From Puniceicoccaceae bacterium (lineage in GTDB: Bacteria; Verrucomicrobiota; Verrucomicrobiia; Opitutales; Oceanipulchritudinaceae), in NCBI GenBank assembly GCA_040830765.1, contig JBFOMH010000002.1, positions 32,001 through 96,000 on the forward strand: a DNA stretch of 64,000 nucleotides, read 5' to 3'. Of this stretch, positions 9,063 through 19,624 are shown one piece after another (positions within the stretch are counted from its first letter, which is position 1; each line of letters starts with the position of its first letter). The position numbers and the translations under genes were made by a program. Under the pieces are notes generated by a model. It searched no databases and was not told where the DNA came from. It saw only the letters and a program-made list of their open reading frames with translations.

Positions 9063-10119
9063 CGCTGTCCTCCGGTTTGATGCTCAACTGGTGGTCCAGT
9101 TGCCGGGCCAGGTAGTCGAATCCGGTAATGGCCAGCAGGGCCATGACAACTACCAGGAGCAGCCCGTGCTGAATAACGAAAAGGTCCCGGTTGAGCACGC
9201 CGTCGACAAGGAATCGCCCCATACCCGGCCAGGAGTAGACCGTTTCGGTCAGGACCGCCCCACCCAGCAGGGCACCGGCCTGGGTCCCGATGACTGTCAC
9301 CACCGGCCCGCTAACCAGTCGCAGGATATGGCGGCCCCAGATGCGGAAGGAAGAAAAGCCGCGGGCCTTGAGGGCTGTCACCAACCGCTGGATGTAGGAT
9401 TCCCCAAGCCGGGCTTCCAGCGTCCCGGCGACAACAGCCGCCGGATAGAGCCCAAGGGTCAGGACCGGCAGGGCAAGGTGGCGGACGGTTATCCAGAAGG
9501 CCTCGGGATCGCCGGCAAGGATTGCGTCGAGAAGAAAAAAGCCGGTACCGCTGGGTGAAGGATGGGCAAAGTCGAAGCGTCCCCCGACCGGAAGCGCTCC
9601 CAGGGCAACGGAGAAGAAGAGGATGAATAGGAGCCCAATCCAGAAGATGGGCACCGTGAGGCCGAGGGCGGCGAGGCCACGGACCGGCTGGAGAAGGAAG
9701 CGCCAGCCGGTGGCATGGGCCATCAGGACCATGGAAATCCCAAGGGTTGTCCCGAAAAGCACCCCGAGGACGGAAAGCTCAATGGTCGCGGGTAGAAAGC
9801 GGGCAACCTCCTCCCGCACTGGGCGGCCACTGATAAGGCTCTGGCCCCAGTCGAGGGTGAGAAAGTCCGCCACTCCACGGGTGTAGCGGAGCAACCAGGG
9901 ATCATTGAGGCCAAGGCTCTCACGGATCTCCATGATCCGGGCCGGATCGGGGTTTTTCACCCGCAGGCTGACCGGATCCTCCGGCATCGCCTCAAGGGCA
10001 AGGAAGATCCCGAAGCTGGCTATAAGGAAGATGACCGCGAAGCGCCTCAGCTCGGCAAGGAGCAGACGCGCCTGCTTCCGGCGATGGTCCTTCGGCCTGG
10101 CGGTTTCCTTCCCGTCCAT
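9055..10119 (-). CDS. Peptide ABC transporter permease (DppB/OppB-like)
   Basis: LGLNDP, DWGQS, PATIEL and GAVLTETVYSWPGMG motifs. Confidence 0.92.
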   Translation of the reverse strand: MDGKETARPKDHRRKQARLLLAELRRFAVIFLIASFGIFLALEAMPEDPVSLRVKNPDPARIMEIRESLGLNDPWLLRYTRGVADFLTLDWGQSLISGRPVREEVARFLPATIELSVLGVLFGTTLGISMVLMAHATGWRFLLQPVRGLAALGLTVPIFWIGLLFILFFSVALGALPVGGRFDFAHPSPSGTGFFLLDAILAGDPEAFWITVRHLALPVLTLGLYPAAVVAGTLEARLGESYIQRLVTALKARGFSSFRIWGRHILRLVSGPVVTVIGTQAGALLGGAVLTETVYSWPGMGRFLVDGVLNRDLFVIQHGLLLVVVMALLAITGFDYLARQLDHQLSIKPEDSDA

Positions 10120-10124
10120 CGCGT

Positions 10125-11735
10125 TCAGTCCTCCTCGGAATCCGATCCCCAGTGAACCGGCCCGAAGAAATGGTTTCCGGTTGGGGAAAGCTGGTAGCCC
10201 CGGACACGCTTGTCGAGGACCGTGATTTGCTTCCCCTGGACCAGGGGAACCAGGGGCAAGTCACGCGCCCACAAATCAAGGACCTTGGCATAAATCTGCT
10301 CCCGGGCAACAGGTTCAGCGACCGCCAGCGCGGCATCCAGATACTGGTCCATCTCCGCATTGCGGTAGAAGGAGATGTTGGTTGCCGACCCCGGTACCGC
10401 CGCCTTGCTGTGGAAAAAGGTAGAGAGAAAATTGTCGGGATCCGGCGTGTCCGCCATCCACCCAAGGAGGGCCATCTCAAACTCGCCTCGCCGGGTGACA
10501 TGGAGGTGGCTCTTGAACTCCCGGTTGATGATTTCCACCTTGAAACCGACGGCCTCGAGGTCGTTGCGGATGAGGGAGGCAATCCTCTGTGGGTCGGGGA
10601 AGTACATCCGCGGCTGCCCGAAGGTAGCCAGTGTGATGGGCTTCGCAGTCCACTCGGGATGAGCCGCAACGAGTGCCTTGGCGGCCTCGACATCGCGACG
10701 GATGGGGCCCTCATCATCCGGGATGCCGAGGAAACTGGGCGGGGCCGGGTAATTGGCCACCTCGCCGTAGCCGTCGAGGGCCAGGGCAACCAGGTTTTCC
10801 CGGTCAATGGCCATGGCAACAGCACGCCGCAAATCGGGATCCTGCATGCGTTCATTGAGGAGACTGAACGACAGGTACCCGACATTCATTCCCGGAGCGC
10901 TATGGATCTCAAAGCGGGGATCCTCCAGCAGGTCAGCCAGCTCGGAAGGTTGGATGCCGTCCAGTCCATGAATGTGGCCGGCCACGAGCTCAGACAAACG
11001 CGATGTGTTAAGGGGAATGGAGCGGATGACCAAGCGCTCGAAGCCCGGCTCCGGCGTTCCCCAGTAATCGGGATTGCGCTCCATGATAATGGCCTCGTTG
11101 GGTCGCCACTCGACGAAGCGGTACGGCCCGGTCCCGACAGGATTGAACGGCATCTGGGCCCCGTGTTTTTCAAACCCTCCCGGGCTGACCAACCAGGCCG
11201 GGAAGCTGGCCAAGGCACTCAGCAGGCCGGCGTTGGGCCGGGACAGGTGCAGTCGCAGGGTCATCGAATCGACCACTTCCACCCGCTCGACATCCCCGTA
11301 TAGATTTTGCCAATACTGGAAGCTGGCATCCGGGAAGTGTGCCGGATGATCCGGATCCATCTGCCGGTCAAAGCTGAAGCGGGCCGTTTCGGCATTCAAG
11401 GGCGTACCATCGTGGAAGCGGACCCCTTCGCGGAGCTGGAAGGTGTAGCTGAGGCCGTCCGGCGAAATGCTGTAGCTCTCGGCGAGCCGCGGTTCCACCT
11501 CGAGGGTGCCGGGAACAAATCCGAGCAGGCCCTCGAACATCTGGGCCATCGTGTTGACCGATTCCCCATCATCCACATCCGCCGGATCCAGCTTTTGCGC
11601 ATCGGCCCCGCGGGCAAAGATGAAGGCGGAAGGTGCCTCGCCGGTGGTGCCTCCACCCTTGCCGCAGCCAGTCAGAAAGGTTCCCAGCAGGAAGCCGAGA
11701 ATTCCCGGCAGGAGAAAGCGTTTCAAATTGAGCAT
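10125..11735 (-). CDS. Peptide ABC transporter substrate-binding lipoprotein (DppA-like, SBP family 5)
   Basis: Lipobox LTGC; LDPA, LREGVRFHDG, PVGTGPY and NPDYW motifs. Confidence 0.93.
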   Translation of the reverse strand: MLNLKRFLLPGILGFLLGTFLTGCGKGGGTTGEAPSAFIFARGADAQKLDPADVDDGESVNTMAQMFEGLLGFVPGTLEVEPRLAESYSISPDGLSYTFQLREGVRFHDGTPLNAETARFSFDRQMDPDHPAHFPDASFQYWQNLYGDVERVEVVDSMTLRLHLSRPNAGLLSALASFPAWLVSPGGFEKHGAQMPFNPVGTGPYRFVEWRPNEAIIMERNPDYWGTPEPGFERLVIRSIPLNTSRLSELVAGHIHGLDGIQPSELADLLEDPRFEIHSAPGMNVGYLSFSLLNERMQDPDLRRAVAMAIDRENLVALALDGYGEVANYPAPPSFLGIPDDEGPIRRDVEAAKALVAAHPEWTAKPITLATFGQPRMYFPDPQRIASLIRNDLEAVGFKVEIINREFKSHLHVTRRGEFEMALLGWMADTPDPDNFLSTFFHSKAAVPGSATNISFYRNAEMDQYLDAALAVAEPVAREQIYAKVLDLWARDLPLVPLVQGKQITVLDKRVRGYQLSPTGNHFFGPVHWGSDSEED

Positions 11736-11777
11736 AGATCTGCTCTAAGCAGATGCTGGCCCATGGCAAGGTTGCTG

Positions 11778-13046
11778 TTACTGCGTGATCTCGTACGGCG
11801 GAAGGACACGCTCAACGGTTATCCGGCCAAGGCGGGTAAATGTCGGAAGCCCACCTTCATGCGGAACCGGGACTTCGCCCTGTACCAGCGGGGAAGCATA
11901 TTTCACAAACTGGTAATTGAGGGAAATGCCATCCTCGTTGATCCAGGAGGCCGGCAACGACTTGACGCCATTGGCAATTTCGCTGAGGTCGGCCAGCCCG
12001 GTTTCACAGGCATAAAGGTCTGAATCGGCGCGGGTCAGGGTGACCATCTTGTCGGTTTCCCCCTCCAGGGCAGCCTGGACTGCCGCCTTGCCAACCATGT
12101 AGGCTTCGTCGTTGTCAGCCTTGGAGGCGTTCCCGGCTGCACAGCGCTGGGCGTGTCCGGGACGGATGGAACGGGTCTTGAGTCCGCTGAAATGCTGATC
12201 GATAAGCCCCTTGAGGTAATCGCCGGCACCACCGAGCTGGGCATGGCCAAAGCTGTCCTGGCCGCCTCCGGCGGTGGAAATGTAGTTCCCGTTGCTGTCC
12301 ACGAGTCCTTCACCAACAACGATGAGGCAGAATTTCTCCCGCTTGAGGACCTCGGCCACGTCGTCGAGGAACTTGTCGGTCTCAAAAGCCACCTCGGGGA
12401 GGTAGATGAGGTGCGGGGCATCATTCGGAAAGTCGCGGCGCTTGGCCAGGGTTGCTCCGGCGGCAATCCAGCCGGCAGAGCGGCCCATGACCTCGAGGAT
12501 GTAGACGAGGTCGTGCTGTCCCATGGCCTCGGCATCGCAAGCCAGTTCACGGACGGTACTGGCAACATGCTTGATGACCGAGCCGTAGCCGGGCGTGTGG
12601 TCAGTGACGACCAGGTCGTTGTCAACGGTCTTGGGAATGCCGATGACCCGCATTTCCCAACCGGTTGAGGCCGCCAGCTTGGAAATCTTGTCAGCCGTGT
12701 CCTGGGAGTCATTGCCCCCGATGTAGAAGAAATACCGGATATTGTGGGCCTTGAAGACATCCACCACCCGCTGGAAATCGGCTTCTTTCTTTAATTTATA
12801 ACGGCAGGTCCCGAGGGCGGAAGCCGGCGTAAAACGGAGGCCGCGAATGGCCTGCTGGGATTCCTCGGCGAGGTCGATGAGGTTCTCCTGGAGGATTCCG
12901 AGGACCCCGTTGAGGCCACCGTAAATTTCCTCAATGCAATCATGGTTCAGCGCTTCCTCAATGACCCCGGCAAGGCTGGCGTTAATGACAGCGGTGGGAC
13001 CACCGCTCTGAGCTACAAGTACGTTTCCGTTAAGTTCTTCTGCCAT
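11778..13046 (-). CDS. Phosphofructokinase, probably PPi-dependent
   Basis: QSGGPTAVIN, GGNDS, PKTVDND and MGRSAG motifs. Confidence 0.92.
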   Translation of the reverse strand: MAEELNGNVLVAQSGGPTAVINASLAGVIEEALNHDCIEEIYGGLNGVLGILQENLIDLAEESQQAIRGLRFTPASALGTCRYKLKKEADFQRVVDVFKAHNIRYFFYIGGNDSQDTADKISKLAASTGWEMRVIGIPKTVDNDLVVTDHTPGYGSVIKHVASTVRELACDAEAMGQHDLVYILEVMGRSAGWIAAGATLAKRRDFPNDAPHLIYLPEVAFETDKFLDDVAEVLKREKFCLIVVGEGLVDSNGNYISTAGGGQDSFGHAQLGGAGDYLKGLIDQHFSGLKTRSIRPGHAQRCAAGNASKADNDEAYMVGKAAVQAALEGETDKMVTLTRADSDLYACETGLADLSEIANGVKSLPASWINEDGISLNYQFVKYASPLVQGEVPVPHEGGLPTFTRLGRITVERVLPPYEITQ

Positions 13047-13163
13047 GTCTGTAGAAATTTAAAGATCAAAACCCCAACGGTGTGGCCTTTAATTTTCCTT
13101 GGCAAATCAATTTAATCGAATCTTCGTGGGCATTGCCGGCCCTCCGCGGGGCCGCCCGGATCG

Positions 13164-14060
13164 ATGCCAATTTCCACCTACAACAGAGGGGTCATCGCAG
13201 CTGTCGTGGCCTACACCTACTGGAGCCTGATTCCCGTCTACTGGAAGCTGCTGGTTGGAATCAGTGCCCAGGAGTTGCTCTACAGCCGGTTGCTGCTGAC
13301 CTTCCTGACCTGCCTGATTCTCCTGCCATTGAGGGGCACGTTCCGGACCTTTCTGGCCTCCTGGCAGGATCCGACCCTCGTCAAGCAACGGCTTTTCGCG
13401 GCGATCCTGATCTCGGGAAACTGGTTTTCCTTCATGTGGTCAGTCGTCAATGACCGGGTCATGGAATCCAGCCTCGGGTACTTTCTCTGTCCGCTGGTCA
13501 GTGTCCTTCTGGGGCGCTTCATCGAGAAGGAACATCTCGGCTTCAGCCGCTGGCTGGCTGTCGGGTTTGCGGCCATCGGAGTGAGCTTTATTGTCAGTGG
13601 AGCTCACCACTTTCCCTATGCAGGCATTGTCATCGCCGTTACCTGGGCCGGTTATGGCCTGGCCAAGAAACGCAGTTCACAAGGTCCGCTGGTCGGACTG
13701 GGCATGGAGGTTGGCCTGCTCGCACCGGTTGCGGCAGCCCTGCTTCTCTGGACGGCTTCCCGGCAACCCCTGACAATTGCTGAAGTGGACGGAACGACCC
13801 TCGGGGTGCTTTCCCTGGTCGGACTGGTTACCGTCATTCCCCTGATTCTATTTGCCTATGCCGCCCAGAGGATTCGCTTGAGCACAATGGGAATGGGCCA
13901 GTACATCGTCCCATCGGTTTTCTTCGTCCTCGCCATCTTCTATGGAGAACCGGTTACCCCACTCCTGCTGGCAGGATTTGCCTTCATCTGGGTGGGTTTG
14001 GCCCTCTATGCCTACTCCGCGCGGCAGACAAATCCCGTTGACGATAAGGGCGAGGCGTAG
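13164..14060 (+). CDS. rarD: EamA-family transporter RarD
   Basis: W.L.PVYWK, SLGYFLCPL and GQYIVP motifs; about 10 TM helices. Confidence 0.85.
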   Translation: MPISTYNRGVIAAVVAYTYWSLIPVYWKLLVGISAQELLYSRLLLTFLTCLILLPLRGTFRTFLASWQDPTLVKQRLFAAILISGNWFSFMWSVVNDRVMESSLGYFLCPLVSVLLGRFIEKEHLGFSRWLAVGFAAIGVSFIVSGAHHFPYAGIVIAVTWAGYGLAKKRSSQGPLVGLGMEVGLLAPVAAALLLWTASRQPLTIAEVDGTTLGVLSLVGLVTVIPLILFAYAAQRIRLSTMGMGQYIVPSVFFVLAIFYGEPVTPLLLAGFAFIWVGLALYAYSARQTNPVDDKGEA

Positions 14061-14071
14061 ACATTGGATCC

Positions 14072-14533
14072 ATGAGTCAAATCGAGGAACGCCTTGCCGA
14101 GTTGGGATTCACGCTTCCCGAAGCACCGCAGGCGGCAGGTAACTACCTGCCTTACCGGATCTCCGGAAACCTGCTCTTCCTTTCAGGGGTTCTGCCTCTT
14201 CGAGACGGACAGTTCAGCCATCTTGGGAAGGTGGGTCAGGAACAAACAGAAGAGACCGCCTACGAGGCCGCCCGCAACTGCATCCTGACCGCATTGCCAA
14301 ACATCAAGGCGGCGCTTGGCTCGCTGGACCGGGTGAGCAAGGTGATACTGGTCAATGGCTACGTCAACGGGGTGGACGGATTCGCCAACAGTCCCCAGGT
14401 CATCAATGGGGCGAGCGACTTTCTGGTCGAGTTGTTCGGTGAAGCCGGTCGCCATGCCCGGACAGCGGTCTCCGTATCCGGACTGCCCAAGGATGTAACG
14501 GTGGAGCTGCAAATCACCCTCGAATTTACCTGA
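14072..14533 (+). CDS. RidA/YjgF family protein
   Basis: GNYLP, VINGASD and GRHARTAV motifs. Confidence 0.92.
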   Translation: MSQIEERLAELGFTLPEAPQAAGNYLPYRISGNLLFLSGVLPLRDGQFSHLGKVGQEQTEETAYEAARNCILTALPNIKAALGSLDRVSKVILVNGYVNGVDGFANSPQVINGASDFLVELFGEAGRHARTAVSVSGLPKDVTVELQITLEFT

Positions 14534-15513
14534 TGCTGAAGAAACACGGATTCATCATCGCCCTGGTCGGGGTGGTTATCCTGGCAGGACTCTTTCCGGG
14601 ACTTGGGGCCAGGGACGGAATGCTCAAGGCGGGCTTGCTGAGCAAGCTCGGGGTGATGGTCATTTTCTTTCTTCAGGGACTTTCACTGAAAACCAGCGAG
14701 CTGGCTGAAGGGCTCAAGGATTTGCGCCTCCATGCCTTCATCCAGGGATGGATCTTTCTCTTTGCGGCATTCTTCCTCTTCCCGGCAGCGGTCTGCATGC
14801 GGGCCATGGGGCATCCGGACATCGCCAACGGTTTCCTCTATCTGATCCTCGTTCCGACGACCATTTCCAGCGCGGTGGCTTTCAGCAGTGCGGCCGGTGG
14901 CAACGTCCCCGCAGCCATCTTCAATGTCACCCTGGCAAACCTCCTGGGCGTCTTCTGGGTTCCCACAGGTTGCCTTCTTTTCTTTGCCTCCAGCGGTGGT
15001 TTGTCGACCGAGCTTCTCCTGCCCCTGCTGGGCAAGATCGCCCAATTGATCCTGCTTCCCTTGCTGGTTGGCCAGATCCTCCGGCCATTCGTCCGCGATT
15101 CCCAGACCCTTGCCCGCATCCAGCCCTCCTTCAAGGTAATCAACCACTCCATCATCCTCTTCATCATCTTTGCTGCCCTTGCCCAAAGTTTCCTTTCCAA
15201 GGCATGGGACGGGATCAGTCCCTGGAGCCTGAGCCTCCTCCTCTTGCTCACCCTGATAATCGTGTTGCTGATCCATGCCGGGACCTGGTGGAGCAGCGGC
15301 CAACTGGGCCTCAAGCATGCCGACCGGGTAACGGCACTGTTCTGTGGTTCCCAAAAGACACTTGCTGCCGGTGCACCGATGGCGGTGGCCATCTTCGCCG
15401 AAGGCAGTGCCCTCGCCGGGATCAATCTCGGACTGCTTTTATTGCCCCTGCTCTGCTTCCATCCAATCCAGTTGCTGGTGGCAGCGCTTATTCTTCCCCG
15501 ACTAGCGAACTGA
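14533..15513 (+). CDS. Bile acid:sodium symporter-like (SBF-like) membrane protein
   Basis: IFFLQGLSL, PTTISS, AGGNVPAAIFN and FCGSQKTLA motifs. Confidence 0.88.
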   Translation: MLKKHGFIIALVGVVILAGLFPGLGARDGMLKAGLLSKLGVMVIFFLQGLSLKTSELAEGLKDLRLHAFIQGWIFLFAAFFLFPAAVCMRAMGHPDIANGFLYLILVPTTISSAVAFSSAAGGNVPAAIFNVTLANLLGVFWVPTGCLLFFASSGGLSTELLLPLLGKIAQLILLPLLVGQILRPFVRDSQTLARIQPSFKVINHSIILFIIFAALAQSFLSKAWDGISPWSLSLLLLLTLIIVLLIHAGTWWSSGQLGLKHADRVTALFCGSQKTLAAGAPMAVAIFAEGSALAGINLGLLLLPLLCFHPIQLLVAALILPRLAN

Positions 15514-16987
15514 CCGTTCCGAAGGAATCCTTGAGGTCCGGATAGAGCTTCCGGTAAACGGGATATAGGGTGTCATAGGCTGCCTGGTCTGCTCCGGGGT
15601 CCGTGGTTCCCGTCTCCTTGAGCATGGCATCGCAGGCGCTTTCGACATCACTATGGGCACCCACACCAACTGAGGCGAGGACCGCAGCCCCGTAGGCACC
15701 TCCTTCGGAAGCATTAACGGTGACGATCCGGGCCTTGAAATTATCGGCCAGGATCTGCCGCCACAAGGGCGACTTGGCCCCGCCGCCGCTGGCCACAATC
15801 TGCTGTGGCTGGATGCCGAGATCCCGCATGATTTCCAATGCATCGCGCAGGCCGAACGTCACGCCTTCCATGACCGAACGGGCCATATGCTCCAGCCCAT
15901 GGCGCAAGCTGAGCCCGAAAAAGACCCCCTTGGCATGTGGATCCGGATGCGGGGTGCGTTCTCCGCTCAGGTAGGGCAGGAAGACAAGTCCCTCGGAGCC
16001 GGCCTTGACGCCCCCAGCCAACTTATCGAGGTCCTTGAAGGACATTCCCTGGGCGACTTTTTCGTGGAACCACTGGTAGGAACCGGCACAGCTGAGCTGG
16101 ACGCCCATGAAATGCCACTTGCCAGGAACAGCGGAGCAAAATGTGTGCAGCCGTCCCTGCGGGTCCGGCTTGTAGGAATCGGCATGGGCGAAGACCACAC
16201 CACTCGTCCCGAGAGTGGCCGAGACCACACCCGTGCGGACGATGCCGCAGCCAACAGCACCGGCCGCCTGGTCACCGCCGCCGGCAATGATCGGTGTTCC
16301 CTCGAGCAGTCCCGTCAGGCGGGCAGCTTCGGCGGAAACACTGGCCGAGGCGACCGTCGATTCCGTCACCTCCGGCAGCATCTCCTTGGAAACACCACAG
16401 GCCTCCAGCATCCGCTCCGACCATTGCCGCTTGCCCACATTGAGCAGTGACATCCCGGAAGCATCCGAGACATCCGTGGCAAATGATCCGCTGAGGCGGT
16501 AGCGAATGTAGTCCTTCGGCAAAAGGATTTTAGCCGTATTGGCCCAAACGTCCGGTTCCTTCTCCTGGACCCAGGCAATCTTTGGGGCGGTAAAGCCGGG
16601 AAGAATGGGATTTCCGGTCAATTCAAGGACTTCCGCAGCACCGACTTTCCGGGTCAGCGATTCGCACTGTTCACCGGTCCGCTGGTCATTCCACATGATG
16701 CAGGGACGCAGGACCTTCCCTTCGGCATCCAGCAGGACCAGTCCGTGCATCTGTCCGGTCAACCCGATACCCTGGATGGCGTTGGCCCCGTATTGTTCAA
16801 CCACTTCACGAAGCGCCCCGAGGCAGGCTTCCCACCAGTCTGCCGGATCGGATTCCGCCCACAATGGTTTAGGGGTGCGGAAGGCGTAGGTCGGGGACAG
16901 GACCTGGATCACCTCTCCCGCGGCATCAATGACGACCACCTTGGCCGAGGAGGTCCCGACATCAATTCCAATGAAGTACTCGCTCAT
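15488..16987 (-). CDS. xylB: Xylulokinase
   Basis: GIDVGTSS, GQMHG, WNDQRT, GGGDQ and YLSGERTP motifs; adjacent to xylA. Confidence 0.95.
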   Translation of the reverse strand: MSEYFIGIDVGTSSAKVVVIDAAGEVIQVLSPTYAFRTPKPLWAESDPADWWEACLGALREVVEQYGANAIQGIGLTGQMHGLVLLDAEGKVLRPCIMWNDQRTGEQCESLTRKVGAAEVLELTGNPILPGFTAPKIAWVQEKEPDVWANTAKILLPKDYIRYRLSGSFATDVSDASGMSLLNVGKRQWSERMLEACGVSKEMLPEVTESTVASASVSAEAARLTGLLEGTPIIAGGGDQAAGAVGCGIVRTGVVSATLGTSGVVFAHADSYKPDPQGRLHTFCSAVPGKWHFMGVQLSCAGSYQWFHEKVAQGMSFKDLDKLAGGVKAGSEGLVFLPYLSGERTPHPDPHAKGVFFGLSLRHGLEHMARSVMEGVTFGLRDALEIMRDLGIQPQQIVASGGGAKSPLWRQILADNFKARIVTVNASEGGAYGAAVLASVGVGAHSDVESACDAMLKETGTTDPGADQAAYDTLYPVYRKLYPDLKDSFGTVSSLVGEE

Positions 16988-17003
16988 GGCTTCAGGGTAA
17001 TGA

Positions 17004-18308
17004 CTACAGGAACTCGTTCACAAGGTTTTCCAGCATTTCCTGGCGGCCACTCGGTATCGTCGGCTCGCCGTTGCCGAGGGCATAGGCGCTCAACTCCTCC
17101 AGTGTGACTCCGCCGGCCTCCACCTTGGCCCCGATTCCACCGTCAAAACTGCTGTAGCGGTTCTTGAGAAAATCCTCCATGCGCCCGTCCTCCCGAATGG
17201 CCGCGGCGATCTTGAGGCCCCGGGCAAAGGCATCCATCCCGCCAATGTGGGCGTGGAACAGATCTTCCGGCTCGTGCGACTCCCGCCGCCGCTTGGCATC
17301 AAAATTCAGGCCGCCGGTTGTGAAACCGCCCATGCCGAGAACCACCAGCATGATCTGCGTGGTCAGGTAAATGTCCGTCGGAAACTGGTCCGTGTCCCAG
17401 CCGATGAGCTCGTCCCCGCGGTTGGCGTCGATGCTGCCCAGCGCTCCCGCGTTGGCCGCCACGGTCAGCTCGTGGAACATGGTATGCCCGGCCAGGGTGG
17501 CATGGTTGGTCTCGATGTTGAGCTTGAAATGCTCCATCAAGCCATACTCGCGGAGGAAGTTGAGACAGGCCGCGGAGTCGGAATCATACTGGTGGGTCGA
17601 GGGTTCCCGCGGCTTCGGCTCAATATAGAACGGTCCCTCGAAGCCAATCGCCTTCTTGTAGTCAACCGCCATGTGCAGCAGGGCTGCAAGGTGGTCCAGC
17701 TCGCGCTTCATGTCGGTGTTCCACAGGGTGGCATAGCCTTCACGCCCGCCCCAAAAGGTGTAGCCAAGGCCACCCAGCTTGTGGGTCGCATCCATCGCCG
17801 CCTTGATCTGGGCCGCGCCGTAGGCGAAGACATCTGCGTAGGGTGAGGTCCCCGCCCCCTGTGCATAGCGCGGATGCGAAAACAGACAGGCCGTTCCCCA
17901 GAGAAGTTTCTTGCCCGTCTCCGCCTGCTTCTCCGCCAGCTTGTCGACCACCGCTTCCAGTATCCGGTTGCTCTCCGCCAGGTTGTTCATCTCCGGCGCA
18001 ATGTCCCGGTCATGGAAACAGTAATAGTCGATTCCCGTCTTCTCCATGAATTCGAAAAAGACATCCACCCGGCGCAGGGCATTCTCCAGTGAGTCACTCC
18101 CGTCGTCCCAGGGCATCAGCGCCGTTCCCCCGCCAAAGGGATCCGACAACTCGTTCCGCATGCAGTGCCAATAGGCCGCCGCAAACCGAAGATGCTCCGC
18201 CATCGCTTTCCCTTCCACCAGCTCTTCCGCATTGTAATGCTTGAAGGCCAGCGGGTTCTTGCTCCCCGGTCCTTCATACCGGATCTTCTCCACGTTGAAA
18301 TATTCCAT
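17004..18308 (-). CDS. xylA: Xylose isomerase (class II)
   Basis: [35 protein letters not shown] and GWDTDQF motifs; start MEYF at 18308. Confidence 0.97.
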   Translation of the reverse strand: MEYFNVEKIRYEGPGSKNPLAFKHYNAEELVEGKAMAEHLRFAAAYWHCMRNELSDPFGGGTALMPWDDGSDSLENALRRVDVFFEFMEKTGIDYYCFHDRDIAPEMNNLAESNRILEAVVDKLAEKQAETGKKLLWGTACLFSHPRYAQGAGTSPYADVFAYGAAQIKAAMDATHKLGGLGYTFWGGREGYATLWNTDMKRELDHLAALLHMAVDYKKAIGFEGPFYIEPKPREPSTHQYDSDSAACLNFLREYGLMEHFKLNIETNHATLAGHTMFHELTVAANAGALGSIDANRGDELIGWDTDQFPTDIYLTTQIMLVVLGMGGFTTGGLNFDAKRRRESHEPEDLFHAHIGGMDAFARGLKIAAAIREDGRMEDFLKNRYSSFDGGIGAKVEAGGVTLEELSAYALGNGEPTIPSGRQEMLENLVNEFL

Positions 18309-18436
18309 GAAGAAACTCTCCCCGCCCGCCCCTTCCCTTGTCAAGATAAATGCACAGTTGTGCACAGTTTATTGGGTGGGATTCGGCCTTTCAGGGAGTT
18401 GCAATCCTTGGGTGAATGCTCCACATTTGCTTTATC

Positions 18437-18667
18437 ATGCCACTTTACGAATACACCTGTGAGAGCTGCCAGAAGCGCTCGGAGATCTTGGTCATGGGGG
18501 AGAAAAAACCGGTCTGTCCGGAATGCGGGAGCGAGGAATTGCACAAGGAGTTCTCCACCTTTGCGACCCAGTCGGAAGGCGCCTCGATGGCCAGTGCACC
18601 GACCCACACCCACTCGCCGGGATGCGGGTGCTGCGGAGGCGCACCGGGCAGTTGCGGACTCAACTAA
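18437..18667 (+). CDS. FmdB-family zinc-ribbon protein
   Basis: MPLYEYTCESC...CPECGS, with a Cys/His/Gly-rich tail. Confidence 0.88.
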   Translation: MPLYEYTCESCQKRSEILVMGEKKPVCPECGSEELHKEFSTFATQSEGASMASAPTHTHSPGCGCCGGAPGSCGLN

Positions 18668-18671
18668 GCCA

Positions 18672-19547
18672 ATGTGGAGGCACTTTCTAACGCACTCAGC
18701 GGTCACGGGACTGCTGATTGTCCTGATTTTCTCAGCCGGCTGTCGGGGTCCACGGGCTGAAGAACCAGCGTCCGAGGAGCAGGTCTCGCTTTCCCTCCTC
18801 GAACAGCGCTTGCTACGGGTGATTGAACTCGAGGACCAGTTGGAGGAAATCGCTTCCCAGCCGGATGCCGAATACGGGGAGGTCCAGCGCCGGTTCCAGG
18901 AGGTAGCGGCGGAATACCACGGCATCATCGTCCGCAATCCGGATGATCTCAATGCCCGCCTGCTCTATGCCAAACTCCTTTCCCGCTACGGGGACCGTGA
19001 AACGGCCTGGGAGCAGTTCATCACTGCCGCTAAACTCGCCGAGAACGAGGACCGCCAAATCGCGGTCATCCATCAGGAACTGAGCACTTACTATGCCGAG
19101 GAAGGGGACCACACCCGGGCCATCGCCTATGCCCTCAATGCCATCGACATTGAGCCCGAAACCGCCGCCTATCACTTTGGCCTCGGCCAGGTCCTCGCCG
19201 CCTTCAAGCCCGAGTTCATGGCCGATGGCATCTATTCCTCCGCCCGCATCGATGAAATGATGCTCAAGGCCTTCGCCACCGCCAAGGACCTCCAGCCCGA
19301 TGATCCCGACCTCCAGTTCCGCTACGGAGAAGCCTTCTACGATGTCGAGGATCCAGACTGGGAAAGCGCCCTCGCCCACTGGGAACAGCTCGCCTCCTTC
19401 CCCGGCCTCTCCCCCTTCCAGCAGGACGCCATCCTCCTTCACCGGGCCCGCTGCCTCGCCGGCCTCGGCCGCTCCGACGAAGCCCGCCAGCTCGCCAACT
19501 CTGTCCAGTCACCCGAGCTTCAGGAATCCGTCAAAGCCCTCTTTTGA
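18672..19547 (+). CDS. Putative lipoprotein with TPR-like helical repeats
   Basis: Lipobox-like SAGC after a hydrophobic stretch; TPR-like AYHFGLG and LQFRYGE segments. Confidence 0.7.
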   Translation: MWRHFLTHSAVTGLLIVLIFSAGCRGPRAEEPASEEQVSLSLLEQRLLRVIELEDQLEEIASQPDAEYGEVQRRFQEVAAEYHGIIVRNPDDLNARLLYAKLLSRYGDRETAWEQFITAAKLAENEDRQIAVIHQELSTYYAEEGDHTRAIAYALNAIDIEPETAAYHFGLGQVLAAFKPEFMADGIYSSARIDEMMLKAFATAKDLQPDDPDLQFRYGEAFYDVEDPDWESALAHWEQLASFPGLSPFQQDAILLHRARCLAGLGRSDEARQLANSVQSPELQESVKALF

Positions 19548-19590
19548 CCGCTTATCCCTTTTTCCCGAAAAATCCCCATTCCCTTGTTGA

Positions 19591-19611
19591 AAATTGGAAT
19601 TATTCTAATTT
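19591..19611 (+). promoter_or_regulatory. PerR/Fur/Irr-like operator palindrome
   Basis: AAATTGGAAT-T-ATTCTAATTT (10-1-10, one mismatch), overlapping a TTGAAA -35-like hexamer just upstream of the Fur-family ATG. Confidence 0.65.
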
Positions 19612-19624
19612 AGTAACAGGGACA

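Noticed and set aside
18165..18671. N-terminal extension of the 460-aa ORF
   Set aside because: It overlaps xylA and the FmdB-type gene; the real start is likely ATG 18672.
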